Assembly (NCBI GenBank): GCA_018304985.1 | Contig: JAGVWP010000003.1 | Span: forward strand, 988 to 64,987 | Direction: 5' to 3' | DNA: 64,000 nt | Source of the DNA: Candidatus Pacearchaeota archaeon | Lineage (GTDB): Archaea; Nanobdellota; Nanobdellia; Pacearchaeales; GW2011-AR1 | Shown: positions 25,927 to 34,905 of the stretch, piece by piece | Layout of the letters: every line of letters starts with the position of its first letter | How positions within the stretch are numbered: position 1 is the stretch's first letter | Notes under the pieces: model-generated | Told to the model about the DNA's origin: nothing | The model's database searches: none | What the model saw: only the letters and a program-made list of their open reading frames with translations | Translations under genes and position numbers: made by a program

Positions 25927-25990
25927 TAAAAAGAACCAATGTTCTTCTTATGACATCTCTTTTTAGATGCCAAGGTTCTCTTTATGAACT
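25927..25990 (+). repeat. family-1 hairpin repeat, 2 units
   Basis: aaaagaaccaatgttcttcttatgacatctctttttag / atgccaaggttctctttatgaact. Confidence 0.7.
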
Positions 25991-26045
25991 ATTTTTTGAA
26001 ATCGTGCCATACTTTTACCTAATTTTGATGTGAAGTGATTGAATT
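25991..26045 (+). repeat. family-2 repeat
   Basis: attttttgaaatcgtgccatacttttacctaattttgatgtgaagtgattgaat. Confidence 0.55.
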
Positions 26046-26158
26046 TAGTTGATTAACTTAAGTCATTTAACCTAATTAACTTAATAATTTGTTTGTTACA
26101 TTTTCAAAACCTATAGAAATAACTGCGAAGCAGACAATCTTAATCTTATAATGGAAGG

Positions 26159-26518
26159 TTAAATTCTTATAACAACATTAATTGTTGAGCTTGTTATAAT
26201 CGGCCTGTGCCTTATCCTCTTGCCTTTGCCTCCGTGTTCTGCAATAAGATCTATGAAACCAAACTTCTTAAGCAGAATTATGTCATCTCTAACACTTTTA
26301 AAATCCCTTCCAAGAATCTTGGCTAGAGCATAAATAGATACTGGTTTTTTAGTTTTTATAACGTGCAGCAAACGGGCTTTTTCATTGCTCAAAAGCTGCC
26401 TTAAAATAGCCAGATCTTTGTAATTATAATCCTCTTTTTTGCCTGTAAATTTCCTAAATACAGAAGTAAATGTTCCGGATTTTTCATAAATATCTATTAT
26501 TCTTGTTTTTTCAGCCAT
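26159..26518 (-). CDS. winged-helix transcriptional regulator, divergent from the S-layer gene
   Basis: 119 aa. KPVSIYALAKILGRDFKSVRDDIILLKKFGFIDL has an HTH-plus-wing pattern. Confidence 0.55.
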   Translation of the reverse strand: MAEKTRIIDIYEKSGTFTSVFRKFTGKKEDYNYKDLAILRQLLSNEKARLLHVIKTKKPVSIYALAKILGRDFKSVRDDIILLKKFGFIDLIAEHGGKGKRIRHRPIITSSTINVVIRI

Positions 26519-26622
26519 TTTATTTTAAGTTATTTTTAATCTATAATTAACTATTGTTAACTTTTAATATTTTTCGGTTTTATTTAAGTTAATTATCCCT
26601 TTTTGTTATCGACGCAAATAAT

Positions 26623-26709
26623 ATATGTCTTTTTCTATAATATATATGTATTATATATATTATGCTTATATGTTATTAAATAATATATATGTTTATATAA
26701 ACCATATGT
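26623..26709. promoter_or_regulatory. array of five ATATGT motifs in the divergent regulator/S-layer intergenic region
   Basis: ATATGT at 26623, 26644, 26668, 26687 and 26704 (spacing 17-24 nt). Confidence 0.25.
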
Positions 26710-26763
26710 ATTAATAAATCTTTCTATTTTGTCTTATTTTTATTCACAAATGGTTACAAAATA

Positions 26764-26780
26764 ACGAAAGCTTTATAAAG
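26764..26780 (+). promoter_or_regulatory. candidate BRE/TATA promoter of the S-layer gene
   Basis: cgaaag + ctttataaag inside the palindrome AGCTTTATAAAGCT, about 180 nt upstream of the ATG at 26957. Confidence 0.3.
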
Positions 26781-26956
26781 CTAAAAAACTCTAGTAATTT
26801 ATGTTTGTTATTATAAGACAGGCATATGGCCGATGACGTGGTTCTATAGGGGACTACAAAAACTGTTAATTAGGGATAAATATCCCCTAGTTGTCTCGAT
26901 TGACATGCCGATATCGAAAATATCAAAAATACAAAAAGGGTGAAAGGAGGTTAAAA

Positions 26957-29680
26957 ATGAAAATAAATTTTAGAAAAATTAGTTCGGTTTTAGCTAGTGC
27001 GGTTATGTTAGGTTCTACTGTAGGAATAGCTGCAGCTGCTGCTTACCCAGCGCCATTCGTGTCTGGAAGCAGTTCAGATGTAGCTCTTATTTACGGAACA
27101 GGAACTGGAGTGTCAGATATTGACAGAGTTGCTGCGCTTGACATTAGCACAAATTTAAATGCTGCTCTTGGAACAAGTTCAACAGCTGGCGGTGCTGTTA
27201 CAACAACTGGAGAAACAGCTCCCTTGTTTGGAGGAACTAAATTATATGTTAACGATACTTTGAATATTGTAAAAAGCGTATTATCAAAGGGACAGTTACC
27301 AATACTTTTAGCTGACTCAACTTTCAGTGGAGATGTTGATGCAAAAATAACTAATTCAATTACAATATCACCAAGCCCATTGGTCAAATTTGATAAAATG
27401 CCTTTGAGTACAACTGATCCTGTATTTGGAATTAGCATTGGAACAAATGCACAAACAGCTCCGGCTTATAATGCAACTTCATCATTTAGCAAAGCAATAA
27501 ACTTTACTCATGCAAGTTCTGAAGGACAAGATATAACTTTGTTCGGACAGAAATTCACAGTTGCTGCTGAAACAGACACAACAAAACTAGTTTTATTAAA
27601 AGCTGCAACAAAAGTAAATCTTGAAAAACCAGGCGCTACTTCACAAGAAGTAACAATTGGTGGCAAGAAATACACTGTTGAACTAGTTTCTGCATCAGAC
27701 ACTGCTGCTACAATTAGAGTAACAAATGAAGCGGGAACATCTGACAGCAGAGAAGTAAGCGAAGCTGCTTCAAAAAAGATAGCTGGCTTAACAGTTGCGG
27801 TAACAACAGCTGATGAAACAAATCAACAGTTATCTGCTTCTATAGTTGCTGGAGCTGAAAAGATAACAATTACTAACGGCTCTTCTGTAACAAAAGGAGA
27901 AGATGATACTGTGATTGATGGATCACATGCTCTTATCGGAGGAACACACCCAGTATATGGCGCTGCAACTTCAATAATTGTAAGCGCTGCTGCTAAAGAT
28001 TCTGACGTTGATGCAATTCTTGCAGGACAGGCATTAGTTGATCCTGTATTCGGAAGTTTCAAAGTAGACTTCCCGGGAATGAATATTGCTGATGCAAGTA
28101 CATCAAGAGAATCTATTGAAATAAGAACTAGCGGAGACGATAAAATGACTGTAAAATTCACTCCTCACGGAATGACTGAAGCAAAGACAATACAATATCT
28201 TGTTGAAAATGCTTCTGCAAACCCAATAAGAACTGGAGGTTATATGCAGATAGATACTGCAGGACATAACATTTCTGTATTTGAAGGAGAAATTATTTAC
28301 AGAGGAGATTATCTTGTTGTTGGAAATGAAGAAGATGGCTATTTGTTGAAACTTTCACAAGTAAGCAATCAGACAACAGGATACAGCAGTGATAAAATAC
28401 AATTCAGTGATACATTCAATGGAAATACCTATGATGCAACAATAACTGCTGAAGGTTCTGGAACTGTAAATATTGGAGGCAAGGAATATAGTGTAGCTTA
28501 CGGAGGTGCTTCATCAAATCAAGATGCAGTTTCTGTAAGAGTTGGTTACCCTGATAGTACAGGTAATGACAGAGTTATTTATCCAACAATATCAACTGCA
28601 AGCGGAGCTAAATTAGCATTCTACAGGCCATATAACATTGTATTAAATGTTTCAGGAACTCTTACTGAGTTTAATGAGACAAGAGTTTCAGGAAGAGGTT
28701 ATATGCTATTAGGATCAAACTTAAAATTCCCTGATGGTGATGGCTATACAAATGTAGCTATTGCTGCTGTAGATGGAGTTGGAGTATCAGTTGCAGGAAG
28801 TGGTAATTTATCTCTAGAAGATGTTAACATAACTGTAAATGGTGGCGCATTTAATGCAACTCAATCTAGTTCATTAACAGCAACTGTTGGAAGACTTGTT
28901 TATAACTTTACTTCGACAAACAGTACTTTTAACGGTGGAGTTAATGTAACAAGAGTTTACTTAAAGAGAGCAGCTAATGGAGTTAATATCCTAGAACCAG
29001 CCATAGTTATCTTTGAAGAAAAAGATGATGATAGTGACTACGAAGCGTTAATTGTTGTTACTGAAGTTGGTTTAGGCTCTGACGACGGAGTTGGAGTTGC
29101 TGATGTTGAAAGAACATGGGATGGCGATGCAACTGCATGGGAATACACTCTTTCAAGCAACAGTAAGTTGCTTAAAGAAGCTGATTTATGGGGATCAATT
29201 ATAACAACTGATTCCTCTGATTCAGACCAGCAATTTGCTACAATAAGCTATCCTAATGACCAGATATATGCACAAGTGTATGTATCTGCAACAGATGCTA
29301 TAGTTTCTGCTGGAGGCGCAAGTTCACTTGTACCAATGAAAGACAGCGAAGTTACAAGTACAACAACAAAGAACTTAATTGTTGTTGGTGGAAGTTGTAT
29401 TAACAGCGTTGCTCAAAGACTAGTGAATCCGAGTGCTATAAACCCTGTATGTGGAGCTGATTTTACTGCTAAAACAGGAGTAGGCGCTGGAGAGTTCTTA
29501 ATTGAAACTTTCACATCGCCATACGCAGCTGACAAGGTTGCTACTCTAGTTGCAGGATATGAAGCATCAGATACAACAAACGCAGCTAAGTCATTAACAG
29601 CTAATAAGCCTGACACAACTGTCGGCAAGAAGTTCAAGGGAACAACAGCTGAAGGCGCTTTAACTGCAGTAACTGCTTAA
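26957..29680 (+). CDS. S-layer protein
   Basis: aggagg SD lies 7 nt upstream of the ATG at 26957; the tracked start 26891 is unlikely. Signal MKINFRKISSVLASAVMLGSTVGIAAAAA, then YPAPFV...DVALIYG...D..AALDIS, an S-layer N-terminal pattern. C-terminal LIVVGGSCINSVAQ. T/S/A/G/V-rich. Confidence 0.75.
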   Translation: MKINFRKISSVLASAVMLGSTVGIAAAAAYPAPFVSGSSSDVALIYGTGTGVSDIDRVAALDISTNLNAALGTSSTAGGAVTTTGETAPLFGGTKLYVNDTLNIVKSVLSKGQLPILLADSTFSGDVDAKITNSITISPSPLVKFDKMPLSTTDPVFGISIGTNAQTAPAYNATSSFSKAINFTHASSEGQDITLFGQKFTVAAETDTTKLVLLKAATKVNLEKPGATSQEVTIGGKKYTVELVSASDTAATIRVTNEAGTSDSREVSEAASKKIAGLTVAVTTADETNQQLSASIVAGAEKITITNGSSVTKGEDDTVIDGSHALIGGTHPVYGAATSIIVSAAAKDSDVDAILAGQALVDPVFGSFKVDFPGMNIADASTSRESIEIRTSGDDKMTVKFTPHGMTEAKTIQYLVENASANPIRTGGYMQIDTAGHNISVFEGEIIYRGDYLVVGNEEDGYLLKLSQVSNQTTGYSSDKIQFSDTFNGNTYDATITAEGSGTVNIGGKEYSVAYGGASSNQDAVSVRVGYPDSTGNDRVIYPTISTASGAKLAFYRPYNIVLNVSGTLTEFNETRVSGRGYMLLGSNLKFPDGDGYTNVAIAAVDGVGVSVAGSGNLSLEDVNITVNGGAFNATQSSSLTATVGRLVYNFTSTNSTFNGGVNVTRVYLKRAANGVNILEPAIVIFEEKDDDSDYEALIVVTEVGLGSDDGVGVADVERTWDGDATAWEYTLSSNSKLLKEADLWGSIITTDSSDSDQQFATISYPNDQIYAQVYVSATDAIVSAGGASSLVPMKDSEVTSTTTKNLIVVGGSCINSVAQRLVNPSAINPVCGADFTAKTGVGAGEFLIETFTSPYAADKVATLVAGYEASDTTNAAKSLTANKPDTTVGKKFKGTTAEGALTAVTA

Positions 29681-29744
29681 AAGCTAAACGATAAAATTCT
29701 TTTTCTTTTCTTTTTATTTTTTTAACATTAAGCCAGGGGCTTAA

Positions 29745-29850
29745 AAAATAGAAGACACCAAGGTTTCTTCTATAATAACTTCCTTTTAATAGACCAATGG
29801 TTTCTTCTATAATAACTTCCTTTTAGATATTAAGGTTTTCTTTATGAAAT
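29745..29850 (+). repeat. family-1 hairpin repeat, 3 tandem units
   Basis: aatagaagacaccaaggtttcttctataataacttccttttaat / agaccaatggtttcttctataataacttccttttag / atattaaggttttctttatgaaat. Confidence 0.75.
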
Positions 29851-29940
29851 ATAAAAAATTATCTTGATAAATTTTAGTGTCCATAGTCCAACTAAAGTTT
29901 TAGAATTTAATTAAAAATACATTAGATTAATTATATTAAA

Positions 29941-30010
29941 ATTATAAGTCTCAGCAGCTTACCCGTATAAATTAGGTAAAGTTATGGCATGATTATCAAA
30001 ACTTTTTCCA
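29941..30010 (-). repeat. family-2 repeat (inverted)
   Basis: Reverse complement reads ggaaaaagttttgataatcatgccataactttacctaatttatacgggtaagctgctgag. Confidence 0.55.
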
Positions 30011-30077
30011 TTATCTCCTATTGATTTAAAATTCAAAAGCTTTTTAAGATCAAAAAAGCTTTTCTAATAGGCATAAA

Positions 30078-30680
30078 ATGAGAAAGATAGAAACTGCTGA
30101 AGAAATTAATAAGAGAAAACAAAGAAACCAGTTAATTGTTGGCGGGATTTTAATCTTAATTATGGTAGTAAGCACGGCAGGATTTGCCTTTTTCAGCAAT
30201 CCTGATACAAATACTACTCAAACTACTGAAAAGATAAATTATAATGGATTAGAATTTGAAAGAGATCAGAATGGATTATGGAATTTTAATATTCAGGGAC
30301 AGGCTTTTTCAACAGTTTATAATCCTGAAGAAACCAAAGATATTCAAATAGGTTTTACAAGTTCAATAAATGATTTTTATAATAAGCCGTTTTATTATGT
30401 TCTAAGCAATACAGAAGCTTCCGGAGAAATAGAAAGGAATATAGGAATTTATGCTGAAAGAACGCAGGAAATATGCCTTCAGGGAATTAACTGGCAAAAT
30501 TGCACAAGCGAAATGGCTGTAAAAAACTGCACAAGCAATGTTTTTGTCTTCCGTGAAACATCTCAATTAAATACCACAAATATTTATAAACAGGAAAATT
30601 GTATTTTTATCGAAGCTGAGTATCCAGAGCAAGTAAAAGCAAGCGACAAAGTGGTGTTTAAAATTCTTGGAGTGCAGTAA
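30078..30680 (+). CDS. N-terminally anchored extracellular protein
   Basis: KRKQRNQLIVGGILILIMVVSTAGFAFF, then a soluble domain containing Cys. Confidence 0.45.
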   Translation: MRKIETAEEINKRKQRNQLIVGGILILIMVVSTAGFAFFSNPDTNTTQTTEKINYNGLEFERDQNGLWNFNIQGQAFSTVYNPEETKDIQIGFTSSINDFYNKPFYYVLSNTEASGEIERNIGIYAERTQEICLQGINWQNCTSEMAVKNCTSNVFVFRETSQLNTTNIYKQENCIFIEAEYPEQVKASDKVVFKILGVQ

Positions 30681-30684
30681 AGTT

Positions 30685-30730
30685 AAACCTTTAGAAAGAC
30701 AAGCAAAAAACCTTAAGGTTTTAAAGGTTT
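30685..30730 (+). repeat. family-3 nested hairpin element
   Basis: Outer stem AAACCTTT (30685-92) pairs with AAAGGTTT (30723-30). Inner palindrome AAAACCTTAAGGTTTT (30707-22). 30695-30735 is identical to 61253-61293. Confidence 0.7.
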
Positions 30731-30751
30731 CCAAACTAACAAAAAATAAAA

Positions 30752-31477
30752 ATGGCTGAAGAAAAAACAAAAAAAAGTGAGAAAATAACCAGTAATAGTG
30801 AAAACTCAAATGAAACAATTGAAAAACCTTTTGATTATAAAAAAGTAAATTATCAGGTTATATGGGTTATAGTTGTTTTAGTGGCAGTGTTAATATCATT
30901 TTTTGCAACAATGTGGATTTTGTCAGAAGCAAATAAATATGATTATATTGGATTGACTTTTAAAAAAGAAATGTTTGGGAATATTCCTTTGCATACAACA
31001 CAGTATACAGGCTATGGAGCAAATGGCTGGCCTACAAGCTTTAAATTAGCCTTAAGAAATGACCCTAGAGAGTTAAGTGTTCCTATTGAGGGAAAGTTAA
31101 AATTTATAACAAGCAATTTAACTTATGTTTCAATTGACAGGGAATCTGGAATATTAGGATGCAGTGATTCAACTATTGCTTTATCTTCTTTAGGAATTTT
31201 CATGAACAATATGAAAATTATCATTAAATCAGCTGTCACCTCTCAAAATGCCTCTGTTGAATTAAATAAAACAATAGTTACTTGCAATAATAGCCTAGAT
31301 AATACTGTTTTAATTATTACTGCAGGAAATGAATCTAAAATATTCCAGGACAAAAATAATTCAAATTGCTATACTCTTTCAGTTAATAATTGTGAGATAG
31401 TTCCTGTTATTGAAAGATTTGAGGTAGCAACTATTGCAGAAGTTAATGATGAAGATATTGATGGGTATGATGGCTAA
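30752..31477 (+). CDS. N-terminally anchored extracellular protein
   Basis: Charged N-terminus, then TM VIWVIVVLVAVLISFFATMWIL. Confidence 0.45.
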   Translation: MAEEKTKKSEKITSNSENSNETIEKPFDYKKVNYQVIWVIVVLVAVLISFFATMWILSEANKYDYIGLTFKKEMFGNIPLHTTQYTGYGANGWPTSFKLALRNDPRELSVPIEGKLKFITSNLTYVSIDRESGILGCSDSTIALSSLGIFMNNMKIIIKSAVTSQNASVELNKTIVTCNNSLDNTVLIITAGNESKIFQDKNNSNCYTLSVNNCEIVPVIERFEVATIAEVNDEDIDGYDG

Positions 31478-31528
31478 TAAGGGCAACCAAAGGTTTACCC
31501 TTATCAACCCTTCCTTTTAAGTGCCAAT
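31477..31528 (+). repeat. family-1 hairpin repeat unit
   Basis: ataagggcaaccaaaggtttacccttatcaacccttccttttaagtgccaat. Confidence 0.7.
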
Positions 31529-31772
31529 CTAATATTAAATTTAAAACCTTAATCTAATAATATGATTATTTAACATTAAATTATGTTAAATTTCTCCCGA
31601 AAGAGAAATTTAGTATTATAATAATTCAGAATTTTGAAAAATAATATAATATCCCTGGATAATTCAATATACTTAATTGCTAGCATTAATTTATTTTTAT
31701 TCATTTATTTCTTTTATAAGTAAGATATTAAAAATTAGCTAATTATTTAAACTTACTTTCCATAGATTATTT

Positions 31773-32324
31773 ATGGCAAAGAAGAAGGTGAAAAAGGCCA
31801 GTGTTAATGTGGTTAATTTATTTATTAGATATATATTATTAGTATTATTTGGTATTGGGAATCTTTTTATTATATATTTTATATTTACTCCATTGACTGT
31901 TTATCCAGTTTATTGGATATTAGATTTATTTTACAAGATAATTTTCAATCCGTTTTCAAAAACTATTTTTATAGGAAATTACCAGATAGAATTAATTAAT
32001 GCATGTATTGCCGGAGCTGCCTATTATCTGCTTTTAATCTTGAATCTTTCAACTAAAATGAATGCCAAACAGAGAGTTTATTCTTTAAGTTATTCTATTA
32101 TAATTTTATTAATTTTAAATATACTAAGAATTGTAATTCTCTCAATGCTTCTTTTAAATGATTCTCTTCTCTTTGATTTTACTCATAAACTCTTGTGGTA
32201 TGCTTTGAGCATTATCTTTGTAATTGCAATATGGTTTTCATCAGTTTACTTATTTAAGATAAAGAATACACCTATTTACTCTGATTTTAAGGATATTATG
32301 AAATTAGTAAGAAAAAATATTTAA
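31773..32324 (+). CDS. small exosortase/archaeosortase-family membrane protein
   Basis: 183 aa, about 5 TM. Cys in ELINACIAGAAYYLLL, Arg in LNILRIVILS and His in FDFTHKLLWY sit in successive TM segments, the Cys/Arg/His layout of this family. Confidence 0.55.
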   Translation: MAKKKVKKASVNVVNLFIRYILLVLFGIGNLFIIYFIFTPLTVYPVYWILDLFYKIIFNPFSKTIFIGNYQIELINACIAGAAYYLLLILNLSTKMNAKQRVYSLSYSIIILLILNILRIVILSMLLLNDSLLFDFTHKLLWYALSIIFVIAIWFSSVYLFKIKNTPIYSDFKDIMKLVRKNI

Positions 32325-32339
32325 TTAGAATTGTTTCAA

Positions 32340-33953
32340 TTACTTTCTTGCAATTCTAACTGCAATAACAATTATTATAATAACAAGTATTACATTAATT
32401 AAAGCAATTGCCCAGATAAATCCGCTTCCGCTTGCAAGATTGCTTATTGAAAATCCAGTTAATCCAAATCCGCCGCTTGATGGCTCTATTTCAGCAACCA
32501 ATCTTTTAGTTGCTTCTCCACCAGCATAAGTTGCCTTAACTGTGAATTCCTGAGCTCCTTCAACATCAGTATTTGGAAGCAATGTTATAAGAACATCTTT
32601 ACTTTCTCCAGCTTTCAAACTAAGGCTTGTAGGCTGAATATTCTTTAATGAAGCCCATGATTCATATCCTGTTGGTTCTATTTGATAAATTGTATCGCTT
32701 GAACCAGTATTTCTTAAAGTAGCTTTAACTATTAAATCACTTCCAGCTTTTGAAGCTGAATCTTCTGATAATACAACTATAAGATTAACTGATTTAGGAA
32801 GATCACAAGTTCCGTCAGCAATAGTTATTGTTTCTCTTGAAATAGATTCATCTCCGTCATCATTTTCAAAGATATCATCATCTTTATTATAAGTTTTGAA
32901 TTCAATAGTATATGACTTGTCTGTAAGGTTTTTAGGTAGGATTATATCAAATGATAATCTCTTGTCTTCAAGTATATCTAAATCTCCTACATCAATTCTT
33001 TTGTTTAATCCAAGCTTGCTGTTTGAAACTATCATGTAAGTATCTCTTTCATCGTCGTCTCCTATATTCCAGACTTTTGCTCTTGCTGTTATAGTTTCTC
33101 CGCATTGAACTTCGCTTGGAATTTCAATATCTCCAACAATTAATAAATGATCATCTCTAGCAACTGTTACATCTTTCCTGAAAAAGTCACACTGATTTTC
33201 CTCGCCTTCATCATCACTAAATGCCTTGACAATTAAAGCAAAATCATCTCTTGTATCATCTGCATCAAGATCTGCAGGGTCTATTGTAAATGTAAAAGTA
33301 ACTGTTTCCTGATCATCATTATTTATATCCACGCTTTTTTCTTCATCATCAATTATGAACTCGCCTGTTCGCTTATTATAAAGCCCCCATGAAACAATTA
33401 CATCATCAATATCATTATTTCCGTTGTTATCTACAGTTACTTCAACTTCTATTTCTTCAAAAGGATAGAAATTATCTTCATCTCCCAAATCTCCATTATT
33501 TGTTACATCAATATCAACTTCCAAATCTCCCCTTATACCTGCTTCACAGAATTGCCTGTTTAATTCAACTTTAACTGTCTTATTATTAGTAGATGAACCT
33601 ACTTCGCTTATTATAATATCTGCAGAATATGTTTTTTCAAGGCTAAATCTTGAGAAATCAACATTTTGAGGTGTTACTGTGAATATACTTGAAGAGTTTA
33701 TATTAGTTTGAGTTCCAGAAATGCTGAATACTGCAATATATCCATTTTCTCCAGTTATCTGCAGTTGTGATGGAACATTAACATTTAAAAGAGTTGAAGA
33801 ATTTGAATTTGAAATTGTAAAAGTAGAATTATTTGTTGCAGGAGTGAAAGTTATTGCTGAAGGTGAAACTGTATAAGCTACAGCGCTTGCAAATCCGAAT
33901 AGAAAAACTATCATTAAAACAGCAATAAACAATTTTGAATATTTATTCATCAT
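32340..33953 (-). CDS. acidic CARDB/S-layer-domain-like surface protein with a C-terminal sorting-type signal
   Basis: Signal peptide LFIAVLMIVFLFGFASA. Repeated beta-sandwich-like segments (DIDVTNNGD, KVWNIGDDDERD, ATLRNTGSSD). C-terminal SSGGFGLTGFSISNLASGSGF, TM IWAIALINVILVIIIIVIAV, then RIARK. Confidence 0.6.
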   Translation of the reverse strand: MMNKYSKLFIAVLMIVFLFGFASAVAYTVSPSAITFTPATNNSTFTISNSNSSTLLNVNVPSQLQITGENGYIAVFSISGTQTNINSSSIFTVTPQNVDFSRFSLEKTYSADIIISEVGSSTNNKTVKVELNRQFCEAGIRGDLEVDIDVTNNGDLGDEDNFYPFEEIEVEVTVDNNGNNDIDDVIVSWGLYNKRTGEFIIDDEEKSVDINNDDQETVTFTFTIDPADLDADDTRDDFALIVKAFSDDEGEENQCDFFRKDVTVARDDHLLIVGDIEIPSEVQCGETITARAKVWNIGDDDERDTYMIVSNSKLGLNKRIDVGDLDILEDKRLSFDIILPKNLTDKSYTIEFKTYNKDDDIFENDDGDESISRETITIADGTCDLPKSVNLIVVLSEDSASKAGSDLIVKATLRNTGSSDTIYQIEPTGYESWASLKNIQPTSLSLKAGESKDVLITLLPNTDVEGAQEFTVKATYAGGEATKRLVAEIEPSSGGFGLTGFSISNLASGSGFIWAIALINVILVIIIIVIAVRIARK

Positions 33954-34151
33954 TTTATTTGTTGTAATTCCTGAGTTACACTGGTTTATAAATGTTTCGG
34001 TTTTTGGGATTTATTAAGCGCATGGGCTGTTCTCCTTGGGATTATTGTTGCAATAATTCTTGGAATTTCTCAAAAAACACTTTTAAAAGAAGATACAATA
34101 TGGATATATGCTGTTCTTGCAGTTCTTGGAGTTATAATAGGATTAGCTAGT

Positions 34152-34361
34152 GTGAGAGATGACTATAAAGATGCAACAACTTTCTTAATGGCAACTGTTT
34201 CTTTAGTGATTGTGAGTTATATGGGCAATACTGCACTCAAAACAGTTGGAAATGTTGGAGATTTTATTGGAGTTGTGCTTAATGCCTTGCTTGTCATGTT
34301 TATTCCTGCAACAATAATTGTTTCTATTAAAACAGTTTTCTCAGTTGCTAGCTTGAAGTAA
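34152..34361 (+). CDS. small multi-TM membrane protein, probably longer (frame open from 33975; out-of-frame ATG at 33992)
   Basis: The frame upstream of the GTG at 34152 encodes further TM helices (AWAVLLGIIVAIILG, IWIYAVLAVLGVIIGLA) but has no in-frame start. Removing one T from the T5 run 34001-34005 links it to the ATG at 33992. Confidence 0.45.
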   Translation: MRDDYKDATTFLMATVSLVIVSYMGNTALKTVGNVGDFIGVVLNALLVMFIPATIIVSIKTVFSVASLK

Positions 34362-34426
34362 TTATAATCTCTAGAGAAAACTATTATTTACTTTAATACT
34401 ATATAATAGCTGTTAAACTATCAGAA

Positions 34427-34828
34427 TTAATACATCTCAAACTTATTTTTTTGATGCTGCGGATCTTCAGGTATTGTTGGGGCTGAAATTTCTGCAAATT
34501 GCGGAGTTGCAATAACAATATTCTCTCCAAATCCTGTAATGCTGCCTTCTAAAGCCTCTGTTGTCTTTTTTATCTTGGCAACCGCTCTTTTAAGCTCTAT
34601 GACATCTTTCTTTCTTAGAGTAGCTATGTCAATTATAGCTATTGTATATCCTTCTCTTAAAGAATTAAGAACATCATTAACATCTTCAAATTTTCTTAAT
34701 ATAAAAGGCTTGATACTTACCTTTGGTTTTTTCTCTTCCAAGCCAAGATCAATCTCCATATAGTCTTCATTTGAACTGTCGCTTCCAAGAACATTTGAAA
34801 GCCCCTTTTTTAATTTATTTAACACCAT
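34427..34828 (-). CDS. sepF: cell division protein SepF (DUF552)
   Basis: 133 aa. FILRKFEDVNDVLNSLREGYTIAIIDIATLRKKDVIELKRAVAKIKKTTEALEGSI fits the SepF pattern. FtsZ lies nearby. Confidence 0.7.
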   Translation of the reverse strand: MVLNKLKKGLSNVLGSDSSNEDYMEIDLGLEEKKPKVSIKPFILRKFEDVNDVLNSLREGYTIAIIDIATLRKKDVIELKRAVAKIKKTTEALEGSITGFGENIVIATPQFAEISAPTIPEDPQHQKNKFEMY

Positions 34829-34905
34829 AAGAAACTTAAAATGAACTGGTTTATAAATATTTCTATGCTAAAAGAAATGTCGACGGATTTTTGTTAAATT
34901 TTTGT

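Noticed and set aside
25991-26045. Family-2 repeats as C/D-box sRNA genes
   Set aside because: UGAUGA-like and CUGA-like strings are present in some copies (tgatgtga in 26030s, ctga in 37735s). They are not conserved in position across copies, and the box C/D'/C'/D spacing is not met.
29745-29850. Tandem short repeats (also at 6795-6903 and 22149-22230) that look superficially like a tiny CRISPR array
   Set aside because: The units are directly adjacent, with no unique spacers of about 30-40 nt between them. There are at most 3 units, the copies are degenerate, there are no cas genes, and the same unit is scattered singly at many intergenic sites.
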